Shown here: positions 49,601 through 58,814 of the stretch, piece by piece
How positions within the stretch are numbered: the stretch's first letter is position 1
How the letters are laid out: every line of letters begins with the position of its first letter
Notes under the pieces: generated by a model
The model's input: the letters and a program-made list of their open reading frames with translations, nothing else
What the model was told of the DNA's origin: nothing
Databases searched by the model: none
Made by a program: the position numbers and the translations under genes
Virus record (IMG/VR): IMGVR_UViG_3300010354_011858
Location: 6,342-70,341 of that record
DNA from: a virus
Direction: 5' to 3' (one strand)
DNA length: 64,000 bases

Positions 49601-50557
49601 ATACAAGCAACTATAAATGATGATAGTCATATACTAGCAGCAGATTATAATGTTCAATTGCAAGCTAATAAAGTAGTGGTAAAAATAGCCGGGGTTGCAT
49701 CTAATTTAGTGGGCACACAATCCCTGTGGAGGGCTTCTGATCCAACGACACTTGCCGTTGTAAATCTAGAAAGTAATGTATCTGCCAATTCAAATACTAT
49801 ATATGTTTCAACAACTGTTGATCCGCCTTTTGCAAAGGCGGGATATTTAGTCATAGATAATGAGATTATTAAATATAATTCAAAGACACCGAATTCTTTT
49901 AATAGCATAGAAAGAGGATATTTCAATACAACTGCTGCATCTCATACTGCAAACACGGCGGTAAGAGAAGTTAGATATTGGGATCTCAAATATGATAAGG
50001 CTCCCGCATTTCAGGTTAAAAATCCATTTATAACGGGTATTCTTTTTGAAGAACCGGATCAAATTTCAATTATTAGATTTGTACCATCAAGTTATGGTGC
50101 AGAACTAATTATTGCTGCAAGTAATAATGTTTCAAAGGGTGGAATTGTATTTGCCGAAGGGACCAATCCGGTAACAGGAAAGGTTAACTATACAGCAATC
50201 GCCGGTATTCCTGTTGTTATAACAGAGCAAAGTAGCCAGGTGACTGAGCAGGTTGCTAATCTTCAAGATAATATTAGGCTTTATGGCCTAAAAGAAATTG
50301 TTATTGAAAATAAATTTATTACAGACTTTCAACACGGTCAAAAAATTGCTAATTTTATAATTAGCAAAATGAGTAATCCAGTGCCAATTATTAATATTAG
50401 TACTATTCCAACTCCAAAAGTTAAACTTGGAGATCGTATTAGAATATCTAGTCTTGATGCTTTTGATATAATAAATGGTGATTACTGGGTAGTGTCTAGA
50501 TCATACCAATATGGTGACTCGCCCTCCCAGAATATGATGTTAAGGAAGGTTGTCTGA
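46682..50557 (+). CDS. tail tip/hub protein with PA14- and LamG-like domains
   Basis: 1291 aa; GGCRVYLDD (PA14), WTHFIASFDGS.LKYYVNG..DEFIIYN (LamG), LGDRI. Confidence 0.78.
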   Translation: MLVNDIYGKQLSNVFNSKIVSASQRIKPKVLIDWLDSRHITGLTVTTNSAHANSSIGNIGYYFAPQQAVNGIERQSYTWGVAGALDKNGKVITPNGQWHAMPKNLSNNYEFGWWSGTKSTSNTHNTYSGYQFTVSPTLTMQFDDRKCNLIRVVTSEFYGQIDTYTIVVRTNDPGAADPIFTETSRIEDDTYFCEHYLPPSVGHQTIDRIEITVHTTKNPQDYARIQEVNVVYQTDISDYVISYDMTKTRDLHDSSLPIAGSSSGSASITLDNTDKDFNLLGSSSPYGQYMKKDLKVRITSGWQISKDDNEYIDKTLRTPINSSASSLSISNTDDLPASNNQFILTIDPDTSSKEIILCSSISGTYDVNVEQRGFANTIARSHNTGATVRYETFEYPSFVEMYVDEWSSTTEGMTTTVTLSDWSKYMSEKVITGGFFLEKSTVSDACESLLMMSNFPKADIDNLNKYNLKAKKSGAILHFDFNESTVDRSGNQISVQDGLRARFFGMPASALNKVTDIKADALDRELSELEKALGELSFVSPDYVINTANISTNSLALEIGDDSPYSFTGKNGTTYSEYFNAVFDGFYIPNEDGEQYIVVEIANGGCRVYLDDVLIINEWRIHPVSTGAYFTAESVPVILDAGRPYKLRIEAFHKSGEFAIRLGYAVGLSPADYVTPDMVKTIAVLDKIGSMDSSYQTGVLNRNHQNNFALYLGGGNIGLSGGIVSDIENKSCELGGTKYIRLPYHSSWDMSDANSVNYTGSWTIEFIAKLPSVYSNNGEYLSTWIDSGASSSGFEFFSNSSSHGVKIVTTSGIETLSSNTSISTSNWTHFIASFDGSYLKYYVNGVLLDTSNSIASIDSWDGLDLTFGGRGASYNTSTGSEVPPAVIRNIYFDEFIIYNTCLTSKQAADRYTEMKMEGLSVYPFLYGGEESIRQVIDEITLADLGRFYIDEENIAKYEHYNRFFESTIDQHANIQATINDDSHILAADYNVQLQANKVVVKIAGVASNLVGTQSLWRASDPTTLAVVNLESNVSANSNTIYVSTTVDPPFAKAGYLVIDNEIIKYNSKTPNSFNSIERGYFNTTAASHTANTAVREVRYWDLKYDKAPAFQVKNPFITGILFEEPDQISIIRFVPSSYGAELIIAASNNVSKGGIVFAEGTNPVTGKVNYTAIAGIPVVITEQSSQVTEQVANLQDNIRLYGLKEIVIENKFITDFQHGQKIANFIISKMSNPVPIINISTIPTPKVKLGDRIRISSLDAFDIINGDYWVVSRSYQYGDSPSQNMMLRKVV

Positions 50558-51729
50558 TGAGGGCTACAAGAACTGGTGCAATATCAGAAAGTGGTGTTGT
50601 ATTCTTTTCTGCTGGTGGTCATAATCATGATGGACAAAGTTCATCTCTTATAGACACAAGTAAATACTCTGTTTTTGATTTTAACTTTTCTTATGTAGGT
50701 AATAATCCGGATAGGACAAATAGACAGATTATTAATCAAATAGCATTTAAAAATTATTTGATTAAAACAATCAATGAATCTGTATTGGAACCTGCCGGCA
50801 TCGTTCTTCAAGATAATATCATTAATTCCAGAAATATTATCTCTGGCTCTATTACGGCAAATGAAATTGCAGCAAATACAATAACTGGCAACAATATTGC
50901 AGCTGGTACAATAACCGGCAATAATATTGCAGCAGGTACAATTACAGCAAATCTCATTGATGCGAATGCTCTTATTGTTAGTTCAATCTTATTGGATAAC
51001 GGAGATTACTGGAATGATTCAAATGGATTCCAACTAGGTGGTGCTAATGGAATTGTTTATAATGGCAATAGCATAGCAATTGGTACAAATGTTACAATTA
51101 ATGCTGAATTAAATGCAGATAGTATTACCGTTGGAGTTGGCGGTAATATTCTTGAAATCGATGACGACCTTCAGTCCGGGACAAAGGCAGGCCTAGAGAT
51201 TGGTGGTGGTACTTATAACTACTGGTATACAGATGGAACATTCCGTGTTGGTGGTGCTTATTCTTTTATGGAGTGGGATGGCACATCATTTAGAATCAGA
51301 GGCGGATTCGACTCAGGTGAAGAAGAAGATAAGATTGAATTAGAAGGAATTATCTTCTCAACAAGGCCATTGAGTGATCCAAGTTTTTCTACATATGGCG
51401 CTGTTAGACTGACACCAGCAGAATATTCTGGAACTGGCGGAAATGATGCAATAAGATTTTACTACGGCTCAGCCCTTGAAGATGATAGTAATACGGCATC
51501 TATCCGTGCACTAGATGGTGGTGAATTAAGAATATCTGGATCTGCTGCCGCTGAGTCAGTATCCTTTGCATCTGTTACCAACGGTGTATCATTTAATGGT
51601 CCAGCGTGGGCTAGTTCATATAGTAATACTTCAATAAATGAAGGTTCATATTTTAGAAATATATCATATGGCAACACAAAGCCAGCATCACCAATCGTCG
51701 GTGATATACACTTTAGTCCAACGAGTTAA
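50557..51729 (+). CDS. tail fibre/spike protein
   Basis: GHNHDG, 10-aa IT.N.IAA.T beta-helix repeats, P...GDI.F end. Confidence 0.72.
   Translation: MRATRTGAISESGVVFFSAGGHNHDGQSSSLIDTSKYSVFDFNFSYVGNNPDRTNRQIINQIAFKNYLIKTINESVLEPAGIVLQDNIINSRNIISGSITANEIAANTITGNNIAAGTITGNNIAAGTITANLIDANALIVSSILLDNGDYWNDSNGFQLGGANGIVYNGNSIAIGTNVTINAELNADSITVGVGGNILEIDDDLQSGTKAGLEIGGGTYNYWYTDGTFRVGGAYSFMEWDGTSFRIRGGFDSGEEEDKIELEGIIFSTRPLSDPSFSTYGAVRLTPAEYSGTGGNDAIRFYYGSALEDDSNTASIRALDGGELRISGSAAAESVSFASVTNGVSFNGPAWASSYSNTSINEGSYFRNISYGNTKPASPIVGDIHFSPTS
50821..50970 (+). repeat. five 30-nt coding repeats
   Basis: INSRNIISGS/ITANEIAANT/ITGNNIAAGT x2/ITANLIDANA. Confidence 0.85.
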
Positions 51730-51731
51730 TT

Positions 51732-53921
51732 ATGCCTATTGAAGTAAGAGGACCGAGCGGTTGGGATACATACTACGATCCCGAGATATACACGAGTTCA
51801 GGCTGGACTGACATAAATTTTGGTGAGATATATACTGCCGAGGGCTGGAAATATTTCTACGCTAGAATAAATGCAGTAGCCCCAGCAATAACTTTAAACT
51901 CAAGAACTACAACATCTATTACAGTTAATGTAACACACCCAAACGTCGATGCTAATATTATTCGTGTATTTATATATAGAGTTGGCGATCAAGCAAACGG
52001 TCAGTACAAGCCATCAGGCTTAGGAACAACATCTCCTGTATCATCAACGTTCCAATCTACCGGTTTGACAATGAATACATCGTACACGTTCAGGGCGTAT
52101 GCTGAATATTTTGATGGTAATGGAAATTTGATCACCACAAGTGCCGTCACAGAAGAAACATTCACTACAGTAAATATTAATACTGTTGCTCCGACATTAT
52201 CTCTGGACTCCAGATCTACATCTGCAATTACATTAAATGTAACTCACCCCGGAGCATCTGGTGCATATAATGTTAGAGTTGCTGTATACCGTGTTGGTAA
52301 TGAAATAGGAACAGAGTATAAACCAAGTACATCAGGAACAACTAGTTCTATTACATCTACATTCACACAAACTGGTCTTGCTCAAAATACATCATATACT
52401 TTTAGAGCTTATGCTGAATACAGAGATATATCAACGCTTGATTTATTAGCTACAAGTTCGACTACGCAACTTGTGCAAGCGACTTCAAACTACAATTTAT
52501 GGACTGCAAGTAATCCAACTGGTTCCACTGGCTATGAAGAGATAAGTTCTACTTACTATGGGACTCTGACTCTCACGTCAACCGCTAATCCGCAATATTC
52601 TATAAATGGTAGTACGTCACGAATTATATTTGAAATAACAAACTTTGGTATTGGAACATATACCGCAGATAGTATTGCACTCACTAATAACGACACCCTC
52701 CAGTCAAGAAGTGTTACATTTAGTAAAAATAATAATACTGGTGGTATTGGTCTTCCTCTGGGAACAACCTGGATATGTAGAGCACGAGTTTATTATCCAA
52801 CAATTGATGAATTTGGTCCGTGGTCTGGTTACTCCACGTTCACTCTTCCCAATTGGACATTAAAAACTATACCATCAAATAGCACATGGGCGCATATGAG
52901 AAATAACTCAACATATTTTGATGGATTTAGTTCGTTTGCTACAAGTATCAAAAGTGCAAATGAATCATCATTATATGCATCTGATGGCGACTCCTCTACT
53001 CAATGGATATCAGATCCTTATGAATTACAGCAGCAACAAACTAATCAAAATAGAAGTATAAATACCATCTCTACTGGGTTTGGAGTTGCCCAGTATACTA
53101 CTTCATCAAGTCATAATATTGTTACTGGAGTGAATGGCACAGTTGATATTTCTTCAATAACATATTATGGATCAAAAACCTATACTGATGCTACATTTAT
53201 AGTAATTGAGATCAGTACTACAGGTCAGCCGGCTCCTGGCGGTTCTGCCACTATATTCGGAAGCGGAATTCCTGGTGTTGATGGTGTATCAAGATCTATT
53301 CAAAATACATCTGTAAGTGGAACAACAAGATCTGTTAGATTCCTTAGAGGCAGTGCTACTGCGAATCAAATCGGCAATAGTGGGCGTTTAGTTATGTTCT
53401 CTGGCGGTACAGTTGGCGGTGTTACCGTTGGATCTCTTGGCGGTTCAGGGCAATTAACTAGAGTTGATTCAAGTACATTCTATAGGACCGAGACTAGTCA
53501 GCCATCACCTGCTTTAGGTCAAAGCGAATGTACTGGCGATGTTACTTATCCCGTAACTGAACTCGTTCAGGTGCCGAAAGGTTCCGGGTCAGAAATTCTT
53601 ACGCTATGGGCAAGCCCAAATCTTCCTGCGGGTGCTGTTAGAAATGCTAGACTATTAAACATATATTATCAACAGGGGCCATTCAGCACCCCGGCTAGGT
53701 CTATATCTGTAAACGGCGTTGTTACTACGGTCGGATCTGTATCTGCAAACGCTACAACGACTACATCAACATCTGCTATAGCACCAGACAGAAGTTCATC
53801 AAATGGTTCAGGCGATGGTTGGTATATAACTGTCAATCAAGATAGAAGTTTGAATAGTGGTCTATATTATGCTAGTGTTAAAGAAGTTCAACTAAGATAT
53901 AGTTATGAGGTTATAGAGTGA
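51732..53921 (+). CDS. receptor-binding/tail protein with tandem FN3-like domains
   Basis: two near-duplicate domains ending TGL..NTSYTFRAYAEY; ASDGDSSTQW discoidin-like motif. Confidence 0.72.
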   Translation: MPIEVRGPSGWDTYYDPEIYTSSGWTDINFGEIYTAEGWKYFYARINAVAPAITLNSRTTTSITVNVTHPNVDANIIRVFIYRVGDQANGQYKPSGLGTTSPVSSTFQSTGLTMNTSYTFRAYAEYFDGNGNLITTSAVTEETFTTVNINTVAPTLSLDSRSTSAITLNVTHPGASGAYNVRVAVYRVGNEIGTEYKPSTSGTTSSITSTFTQTGLAQNTSYTFRAYAEYRDISTLDLLATSSTTQLVQATSNYNLWTASNPTGSTGYEEISSTYYGTLTLTSTANPQYSINGSTSRIIFEITNFGIGTYTADSIALTNNDTLQSRSVTFSKNNNTGGIGLPLGTTWICRARVYYPTIDEFGPWSGYSTFTLPNWTLKTIPSNSTWAHMRNNSTYFDGFSSFATSIKSANESSLYASDGDSSTQWISDPYELQQQQTNQNRSINTISTGFGVAQYTTSSSHNIVTGVNGTVDISSITYYGSKTYTDATFIVIEISTTGQPAPGGSATIFGSGIPGVDGVSRSIQNTSVSGTTRSVRFLRGSATANQIGNSGRLVMFSGGTVGGVTVGSLGGSGQLTRVDSSTFYRTETSQPSPALGQSECTGDVTYPVTELVQVPKGSGSEILTLWASPNLPAGAVRNARLLNIYYQQGPFSTPARSISVNGVVTTVGSVSANATTTTSTSAIAPDRSSSNGSGDGWYITVNQDRSLNSGLYYASVKEVQLRYSYEVIE

Positions 53922-55027
53922 TGCTTATTTTATTTAATGCCAGTGATGAGTTTAATTATGAAGATCATATTTCATATAAAACATTTTTATTTGATATTAA
54001 TGACGGTCAGTTAATCATATGTGAACCGATTGATGATTTTGATATTAATTCAATTGAGCCATGGAAGATTAATGTATTCAATATAAGATTATTAACATTT
54101 GAAGAGGCTAGTAATATTATTTTGAATGAAACGAGAAATCTTCTTATACAAGAAGAAAGTGGTGGTTATACATTACAAAGACCGCTGTTTGATGAAGATG
54201 TTGATTATAAAGATAAATTGACGCAACCATATGAAGGCTGGGTTTGGGATAAAGATCTCTTACACTGGAAGGCACCGAAGCCAAGGCCAGACTGTGATTT
54301 GACTTTCAGGGTTAAATGGAATAATCAATGGCAAGATTGGGAGATGAGGTACGGTAGAGATGACCTACCCAGAGAAAGAAAATCTTATCAATTATGGTAT
54401 TCACAAGAGGTTGATGGTTCTTCTATGTTCCACAATGCCTGTTCTACTGTTGATTACATGATTAAACCTTTTGAGAATATTACACATAATACAAAAAATA
54501 TAGAAAATTTAATTAAATCATATAATGACCAAATAGCAAGTACAAGTGAAATAGTTAGACCTTACATGTCAATTGGTGGACATCTTGTAGTTATTGATCT
54601 ATCACCGTTTGCTCTAATCACATATTCGGAATGTCACGAAGATGCAGTAGATATGTTTAATGAACTATACTCAATGCATCCACAATTCTTATCAAGAACA
54701 CCTTGGGAACTTTTTAGATTAATAATAGAATGGGCCTACTCACACTCCGATCTAGGTAATAATGAATTAGCAGCAGTTACATGCCATAGAGTTCTACAGG
54801 CAGTACAGATGCCTAAGAGTATTCGTGATAGTCTCATAGCTATGCCAGCTCAGCAAGTCGGTAAATATCTAGAAAATAATCTTAATGCTCTTTCTGAAGA
54901 TACTGAAGGCCCAGAGGCACCGGAAGGGTTTGATAAATGGATTAATACTGTTTATTATCATTATCCTCACCTTAAAAAAGGCCAAGAACCTCATATAGAC
55001 TCACTACCAAATGAATATCCAACATGA
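53918..55027 (+). CDS. hypothetical protein, paralog family member 3
   Basis: QPYEGWVWD...W.AP motif; HPQFLSRTPWELFRLIIEW..NNE.AA.TCH..MP. Confidence 0.72.
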   Translation: MMLILFNASDEFNYEDHISYKTFLFDINDGQLIICEPIDDFDINSIEPWKINVFNIRLLTFEEASNIILNETRNLLIQEESGGYTLQRPLFDEDVDYKDKLTQPYEGWVWDKDLLHWKAPKPRPDCDLTFRVKWNNQWQDWEMRYGRDDLPRERKSYQLWYSQEVDGSSMFHNACSTVDYMIKPFENITHNTKNIENLIKSYNDQIASTSEIVRPYMSIGGHLVVIDLSPFALITYSECHEDAVDMFNELYSMHPQFLSRTPWELFRLIIEWAYSHSDLGNNELAAVTCHRVLQAVQMPKSIRDSLIAMPAQQVGKYLENNLNALSEDTEGPEAPEGFDKWINTVYYHYPHLKKGQEPHIDSLPNEYPT

Positions 55028-55039
55028 TATAATTATCAT

Positions 55040-55219
55040 ATGGAAGATTTAGATGTTGAATTGTTAATCAGTATGTATAACGATAGAGTTGGCAAATTAA
55101 TGGCCGAACTCATAGTAAAAGAGACAGTTATAAAGCAGTTAGAGAGAAAAGTGCACGCCCTCACCGCATCGCTTAAACCACATCAGGTTGAAAATGCACT
55201 TAAAGGTAATGAGGTATAA
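55040..55219 (+). CDS. 59-aa coiled-coil hypothetical protein
   Basis: MEDLDVELLISMYNDRVGKL...; ATG 6 nt after TG-a-TATAAT; below the ORF-track cutoff. Confidence 0.65.
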   Translation: MEDLDVELLISMYNDRVGKLMAELIVKETVIKQLERKVHALTASLKPHQVENALKGNEV

Positions 55220-55226
55220 TAAATAA

Positions 55227-55883
55227 ATGGCTTACGAAAATTATAGATTTATATCATGGACTGATGGGACTCCCATTACGGGCGAAAGACTTGCTCAGAT
55301 GTCTACAAATATTGAGCAAGTTAAAGATGCAACAGACGATAGACCCCAGGGTGTTATCCAATTACATCAAATAACTGCTGATGTTCCTAATGCAACTGGA
55401 TATTCAGATTTTGCTGAGTATGAGTTAATTTCTTTAAAAGAAGATCCGCCTGCTGATAGAAGAGTTAGTGTGGATGGTAATCGTTACTATAAACTCTCGC
55501 TCCACTTTCCTGGGTTCCTTGTGAAGGCTAGAGGCGCTGAGGACTCAACTTTCCTCATCAAATTCTATCAAGGAACATTTGGCAACGCTTCCACATTATT
55601 GAATACTTGGAAGGTAACACCACCAATATTTTCTTTTTATGATGTTTCTGCAAATGCATCTACGACAACTGTAAGTGTTAAATCTAATGGATATCCGACT
55701 AGATTTGGTGCTGGTGATTACTCAATCATTCTGTCATCCTCATCGTCAGGCCTGACGGTGGAATCTTTTTATGTCACTGTAAAAAGAGATCAGGGTGCTA
55801 ATACAACAAATGCTCCCGCATATTATATTCCAAGTGGTGGCACTGTTATGCAATTTTATGTTGAGGATGTCGGCGGAGTCTGA
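55227..55883 (+). CDS. putative virion protein
   Basis: W.DGTPITGERL..M N-terminus of baseplate/fibre type; leaderless (TATAAT 6 nt upstream). Confidence 0.65.
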   Translation: MAYENYRFISWTDGTPITGERLAQMSTNIEQVKDATDDRPQGVIQLHQITADVPNATGYSDFAEYELISLKEDPPADRRVSVDGNRYYKLSLHFPGFLVKARGAEDSTFLIKFYQGTFGNASTLLNTWKVTPPIFSFYDVSANASTTTVSVKSNGYPTRFGAGDYSIILSSSSSGLTVESFYVTVKRDQGANTTNAPAYYIPSGGTVMQFYVEDVGGV

Positions 55884-56323
55884 TGCGTAGACGAGAGCTT
55901 GCTTCTCAAAGAAAAGATATAAAGTGGACACCCAGGAATAACACTGGCGCTAGCAACCCTAACTTTGCTGGTGGGAAGTACATTGACGATAAAGGATATG
56001 TTCGTCTGCTCAGGCCGGAACATCCAAGAAATATTCGTGGATATGTATATGAACATCGTTTGTTAATGGAAGAGTATATGGGGCGGTATTTAGAGCCTTG
56101 GGAGACTGTTCATCATATTAATGAGATCAAAACAGATAATCGTATAGAAAATTTCTTTCTGTGTACGCATAAAGAACACAGTGCAGTTCACATGGAAGGA
56201 AGAAAATCAACAATACAGCAAAAAGATAAATTAAGAGAAAATATTAAAAATACAAAACCCCATACGAGAAAGCGTGATTTTTCAAGAAAAAGTATCTCCA
56301 GAAAAAACTATCCTAATGACTGA
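55883..56323 (+). CDS. HNH endonuclease
   Basis: GYVYEHRL.ME..GR.L...VHHINEIKTDNRIEN..H. Confidence 0.88.
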   Translation: MRRRELASQRKDIKWTPRNNTGASNPNFAGGKYIDDKGYVRLLRPEHPRNIRGYVYEHRLLMEEYMGRYLEPWETVHHINEIKTDNRIENFFLCTHKEHSAVHMEGRKSTIQQKDKLRENIKNTKPHTRKRDFSRKSISRKNYPND

Positions 56324-56372
56324 TTTTTCTCACCCAGGGTGTGGTAACATTGACCAACCACTAGGAGTGATA

Positions 56373-57545
56373 ATGAAAAAATGTGAAGGTCAGGGCTGTG
56401 ATATCGAATTCGAGCCTAATACGGCTAATCAGAGATATGCACAACCTACTTGTCGTAAGTCTATAGACTCTTTGGGCTTGTGTAAATACAGAAAAGACAA
56501 TGGCCTGTTTGACATACCAGGAGTAGATAGTATTTGCGATAGCACTTCTGAGGCAGATCTTAGAGTTGCTTATGCAAAATTGCTTTCTGAATATGAGAAG
56601 GTCAAGGGCAAACAGGATGAACTAGCATCGGCTGTTTATCGTGCCGTGAAAGATACTGTTGCATCCCAGCCCCCTGTAAAACTGGTGGATGGCTTTACGC
56701 CGGTTAAAAGCAAGAAATCATTGAAGGACCAAGAAGTTGCTGTCGCAGTCCTTGCTGACTGGCAATTAGCAAAAGTTACACCTGACTATGATTCTTCCGT
56801 GTGTGAAGAAAGAATTGATAGATACGCCGATAAGGTAATTCAGCTTACCAATATTCAACGAGCAGATCATCCTGTTAATGAAATACATATATGGTGCCTC
56901 GGTGATATTGTCGAAGGCGAACTGATATTTCCGGGCCAGAGTTTTCTTGTAGATGGCGGTCTTTATCGTCAAGTGACTGTTGATGGACCACGCATTATGC
57001 GTAAGTTTATTAACAGGATGTTGGAGAACTTTGAGAAAGTTACATTCGTTGGCGTTATAGGGAATCATGGTGCTATCGGCGGTCGTAGTAGAAGAGACCA
57101 TGACCCAGAAACAAATGCAGATAGAATGTTGTATAGAATCGTACAGTTGATGTATGAAAATGAAAAGAGGATTTCTTTTAACATACCGGATGGTAGAGGT
57201 GAAAGAAATTGGTATGCCATAGATTCGATTGGCAACTACAAGTCGCTGTTAATACACGGCGATCAGTTTGGAAGTCTATCAACACTGTATGCCTTCCAGA
57301 AAAAGGTGTATGGTTGGAAGGTTGGGGCAATCCAGGAAGAGTTCAATGATGTTTATTGTGGTCACTTCCACACTCCGACAAAGATGACGTTCAATACTGT
57401 GCAATTCAGAATCTCTGGTAGCCCAGAATCTACAAACACATATGCAATGGAGAGCCTGGCTGCAATTGGCCAGCCTTCCCAACCATTGATGTTTGTTCAT
57501 CCCGAAAAGGGAATTGTAACAGCAGAATATAACTGCTGGTTATAG
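56373..57545 (+). CDS. calcineurin-like metallophosphoesterase (Mre11-like nuclease?)
   Basis: ADWQ, GDIVEG, GNHG, HGD, GHFH; start after AGGAG and TG-g-TAACAT. Confidence 0.82.
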   Translation: MKKCEGQGCDIEFEPNTANQRYAQPTCRKSIDSLGLCKYRKDNGLFDIPGVDSICDSTSEADLRVAYAKLLSEYEKVKGKQDELASAVYRAVKDTVASQPPVKLVDGFTPVKSKKSLKDQEVAVAVLADWQLAKVTPDYDSSVCEERIDRYADKVIQLTNIQRADHPVNEIHIWCLGDIVEGELIFPGQSFLVDGGLYRQVTVDGPRIMRKFINRMLENFEKVTFVGVIGNHGAIGGRSRRDHDPETNADRMLYRIVQLMYENEKRISFNIPDGRGERNWYAIDSIGNYKSLLIHGDQFGSLSTLYAFQKKVYGWKVGAIQEEFNDVYCGHFHTPTKMTFNTVQFRISGSPESTNTYAMESLAAIGQPSQPLMFVHPEKGIVTAEYNCWL

Positions 57546-57553
57546 GAGGATAT

Positions 57554-57760
57554 ATGTTAGATAAAGGATTATTAAAAGACGTTGCTGAAAGAGCGTTGTG
57601 GACAGCGGCTCAGGCTTTTGTTGCTGTCTATACCGTTGGTGGTGTTGACGAGGCAAAGTCTGCACTTACGGCTGCAGTTGCTGCCGGAATTAGCGTTGTT
57701 AAGGGATTCATGGCCACTCAGGTTGGCAATCCTAAGTCGGCATCTACATTAAAGAATTAA
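57554..57760 (+). CDS. holin (r1t-like)
   Basis: D.AERA..T.AQ, two TM segments, GNPKSAS; AGGAGG SD. Confidence 0.75.
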   Translation: MLDKGLLKDVAERALWTAAQAFVAVYTVGGVDEAKSALTAAVAAGISVVKGFMATQVGNPKSASTLKN

Positions 57761-57761
57761 T

Positions 57762-57950
57762 ATGATTAATCACCCGAGATTCACAATGAAATGCACTAGA
57801 TGTAGTGGATTTAAATATGTAGGTGAGCCATTTCACCTCTTTGGAGAATTTTGGGTTGATGTTACATGTATTCAATGCGCCCACTCAGTAGATATTAGAG
57901 TGGAAGAGTTTAATAGGTTTGTTAACAAAGTTCATGGAAGTATGAAATGA
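57762..57950 (+). CDS. small Zn-ribbon protein
   Basis: CTRC...CIQC. Confidence 0.65.
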   Translation: MINHPRFTMKCTRCSGFKYVGEPFHLFGEFWVDVTCIQCAHSVDIRVEEFNRFVNKVHGSMK

Positions 57951-58381
57951 TTACTAATAAAATTATAGAAAATAAATTCTATTTGTATAAAGGCAAATCT
58001 GTTAAAGTCAAGAAGATTCATCGATCCTCCAACAGTGTTATTCTAAAATATCTGTTGGAGGATGATGAGGAAATAATTCCTTTTACTGGTGGTGAATTAC
58101 TGCTAAGCAGATTGTATACCATCGGTGAGTTAGCAAAGATAACATCAAAAAGATCTGATACACTTCGTAAGTATGAAAAGAATGGTCTCATACCAAAGCC
58201 ATCTTTTCTTATTGGTGAAGAATCGAGTTGTTACAAAAATTGGAGATTTTATACCGAATCAGAAGTCTACGATGTGGTAGCATTCTTTTCGGGCAGGAGT
58301 CCTGGCCGACCGGCCAGTTCTAAAAACCAAAACATTAGAAACAATATTGTTTCTTTGAGAGAAAAGGTTAATCACCTATGA
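57947..58381 (+). CDS. MerR-like HTH DNA-binding protein
   Basis: YTIGELAK....TLRKYEKNGLIP...WRFYTE. Confidence 0.85.
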   Translation: MITNKIIENKFYLYKGKSVKVKKIHRSSNSVILKYLLEDDEEIIPFTGGELLLSRLYTIGELAKITSKRSDTLRKYEKNGLIPKPSFLIGEESSCYKNWRFYTESEVYDVVAFFSGRSPGRPASSKNQNIRNNIVSLREKVNHL

Positions 58382-58572
58382 TTGAAAATGACAAAGCTGA
58401 AATTTGGGCATCGATTGGTATTACTAAGAATCTTGGTAATTATGAGTCGTTAAGACTTGATGCTGGTGCAAAAATTATGGCATCTAACCTCGAAGACGAG
58501 GGTGCTTGGAAAAGACTCTGGGAATCGCTTGATGAGCAGATCGAAGCCAAGTTAAAAGAGTTAGATAAGTGA
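58378..58572 (+). CDS. conserved phage hypothetical protein
   Basis: G.TKNLGNYESLRLD motif. Confidence 0.8.
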   Translation: MIENDKAEIWASIGITKNLGNYESLRLDAGAKIMASNLEDEGAWKRLWESLDEQIEAKLKELDK

Positions 58573-58814
58573 ATTGGCGAGATAAAGCAGTCTGTTCAAA
58601 AGATAAGCACTCAGATTACTGGTTGTCTTACAATCAGGATAAAATTAAATATGCTAAAGAAGGTTGCTCAAAGTGTTCTGTAACTCTAGAATGCTTTTTA
58701 AATTCCTTGGATTCCGAAGAGGATGTTGGCGTAATTTCAGGTATATCTGAGTTTGAAAGACTTGTTTCACGCTGGAAGGCGGTGAGTGATATAAATGGCA
58801 ATAACTGGCAATGA
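58569..58814 (+). CDS. whiB: WhiB-like Fe-S transcription regulator
   Basis: W..KA.C, AK..C..C.V..EC, GVISG..E.ER (variant of GVWGG). Confidence 0.8.
   Translation: MNWRDKAVCSKDKHSDYWLSYNQDKIKYAKEGCSKCSVTLECFLNSLDSEEDVGVISGISEFERLVSRWKAVSDINGNNWQ

Noticed and set aside
51870-52425. Duplicated FN3-like segments as a DGR template/variable repeat pair
   Set aside because: Both copies are coding, differences are not adenine-specific, no reverse transcriptase
55883-56323. HNH gene as part of a group I intron
   Set aside because: Free-standing between two intact genes; no split gene or intron core seen
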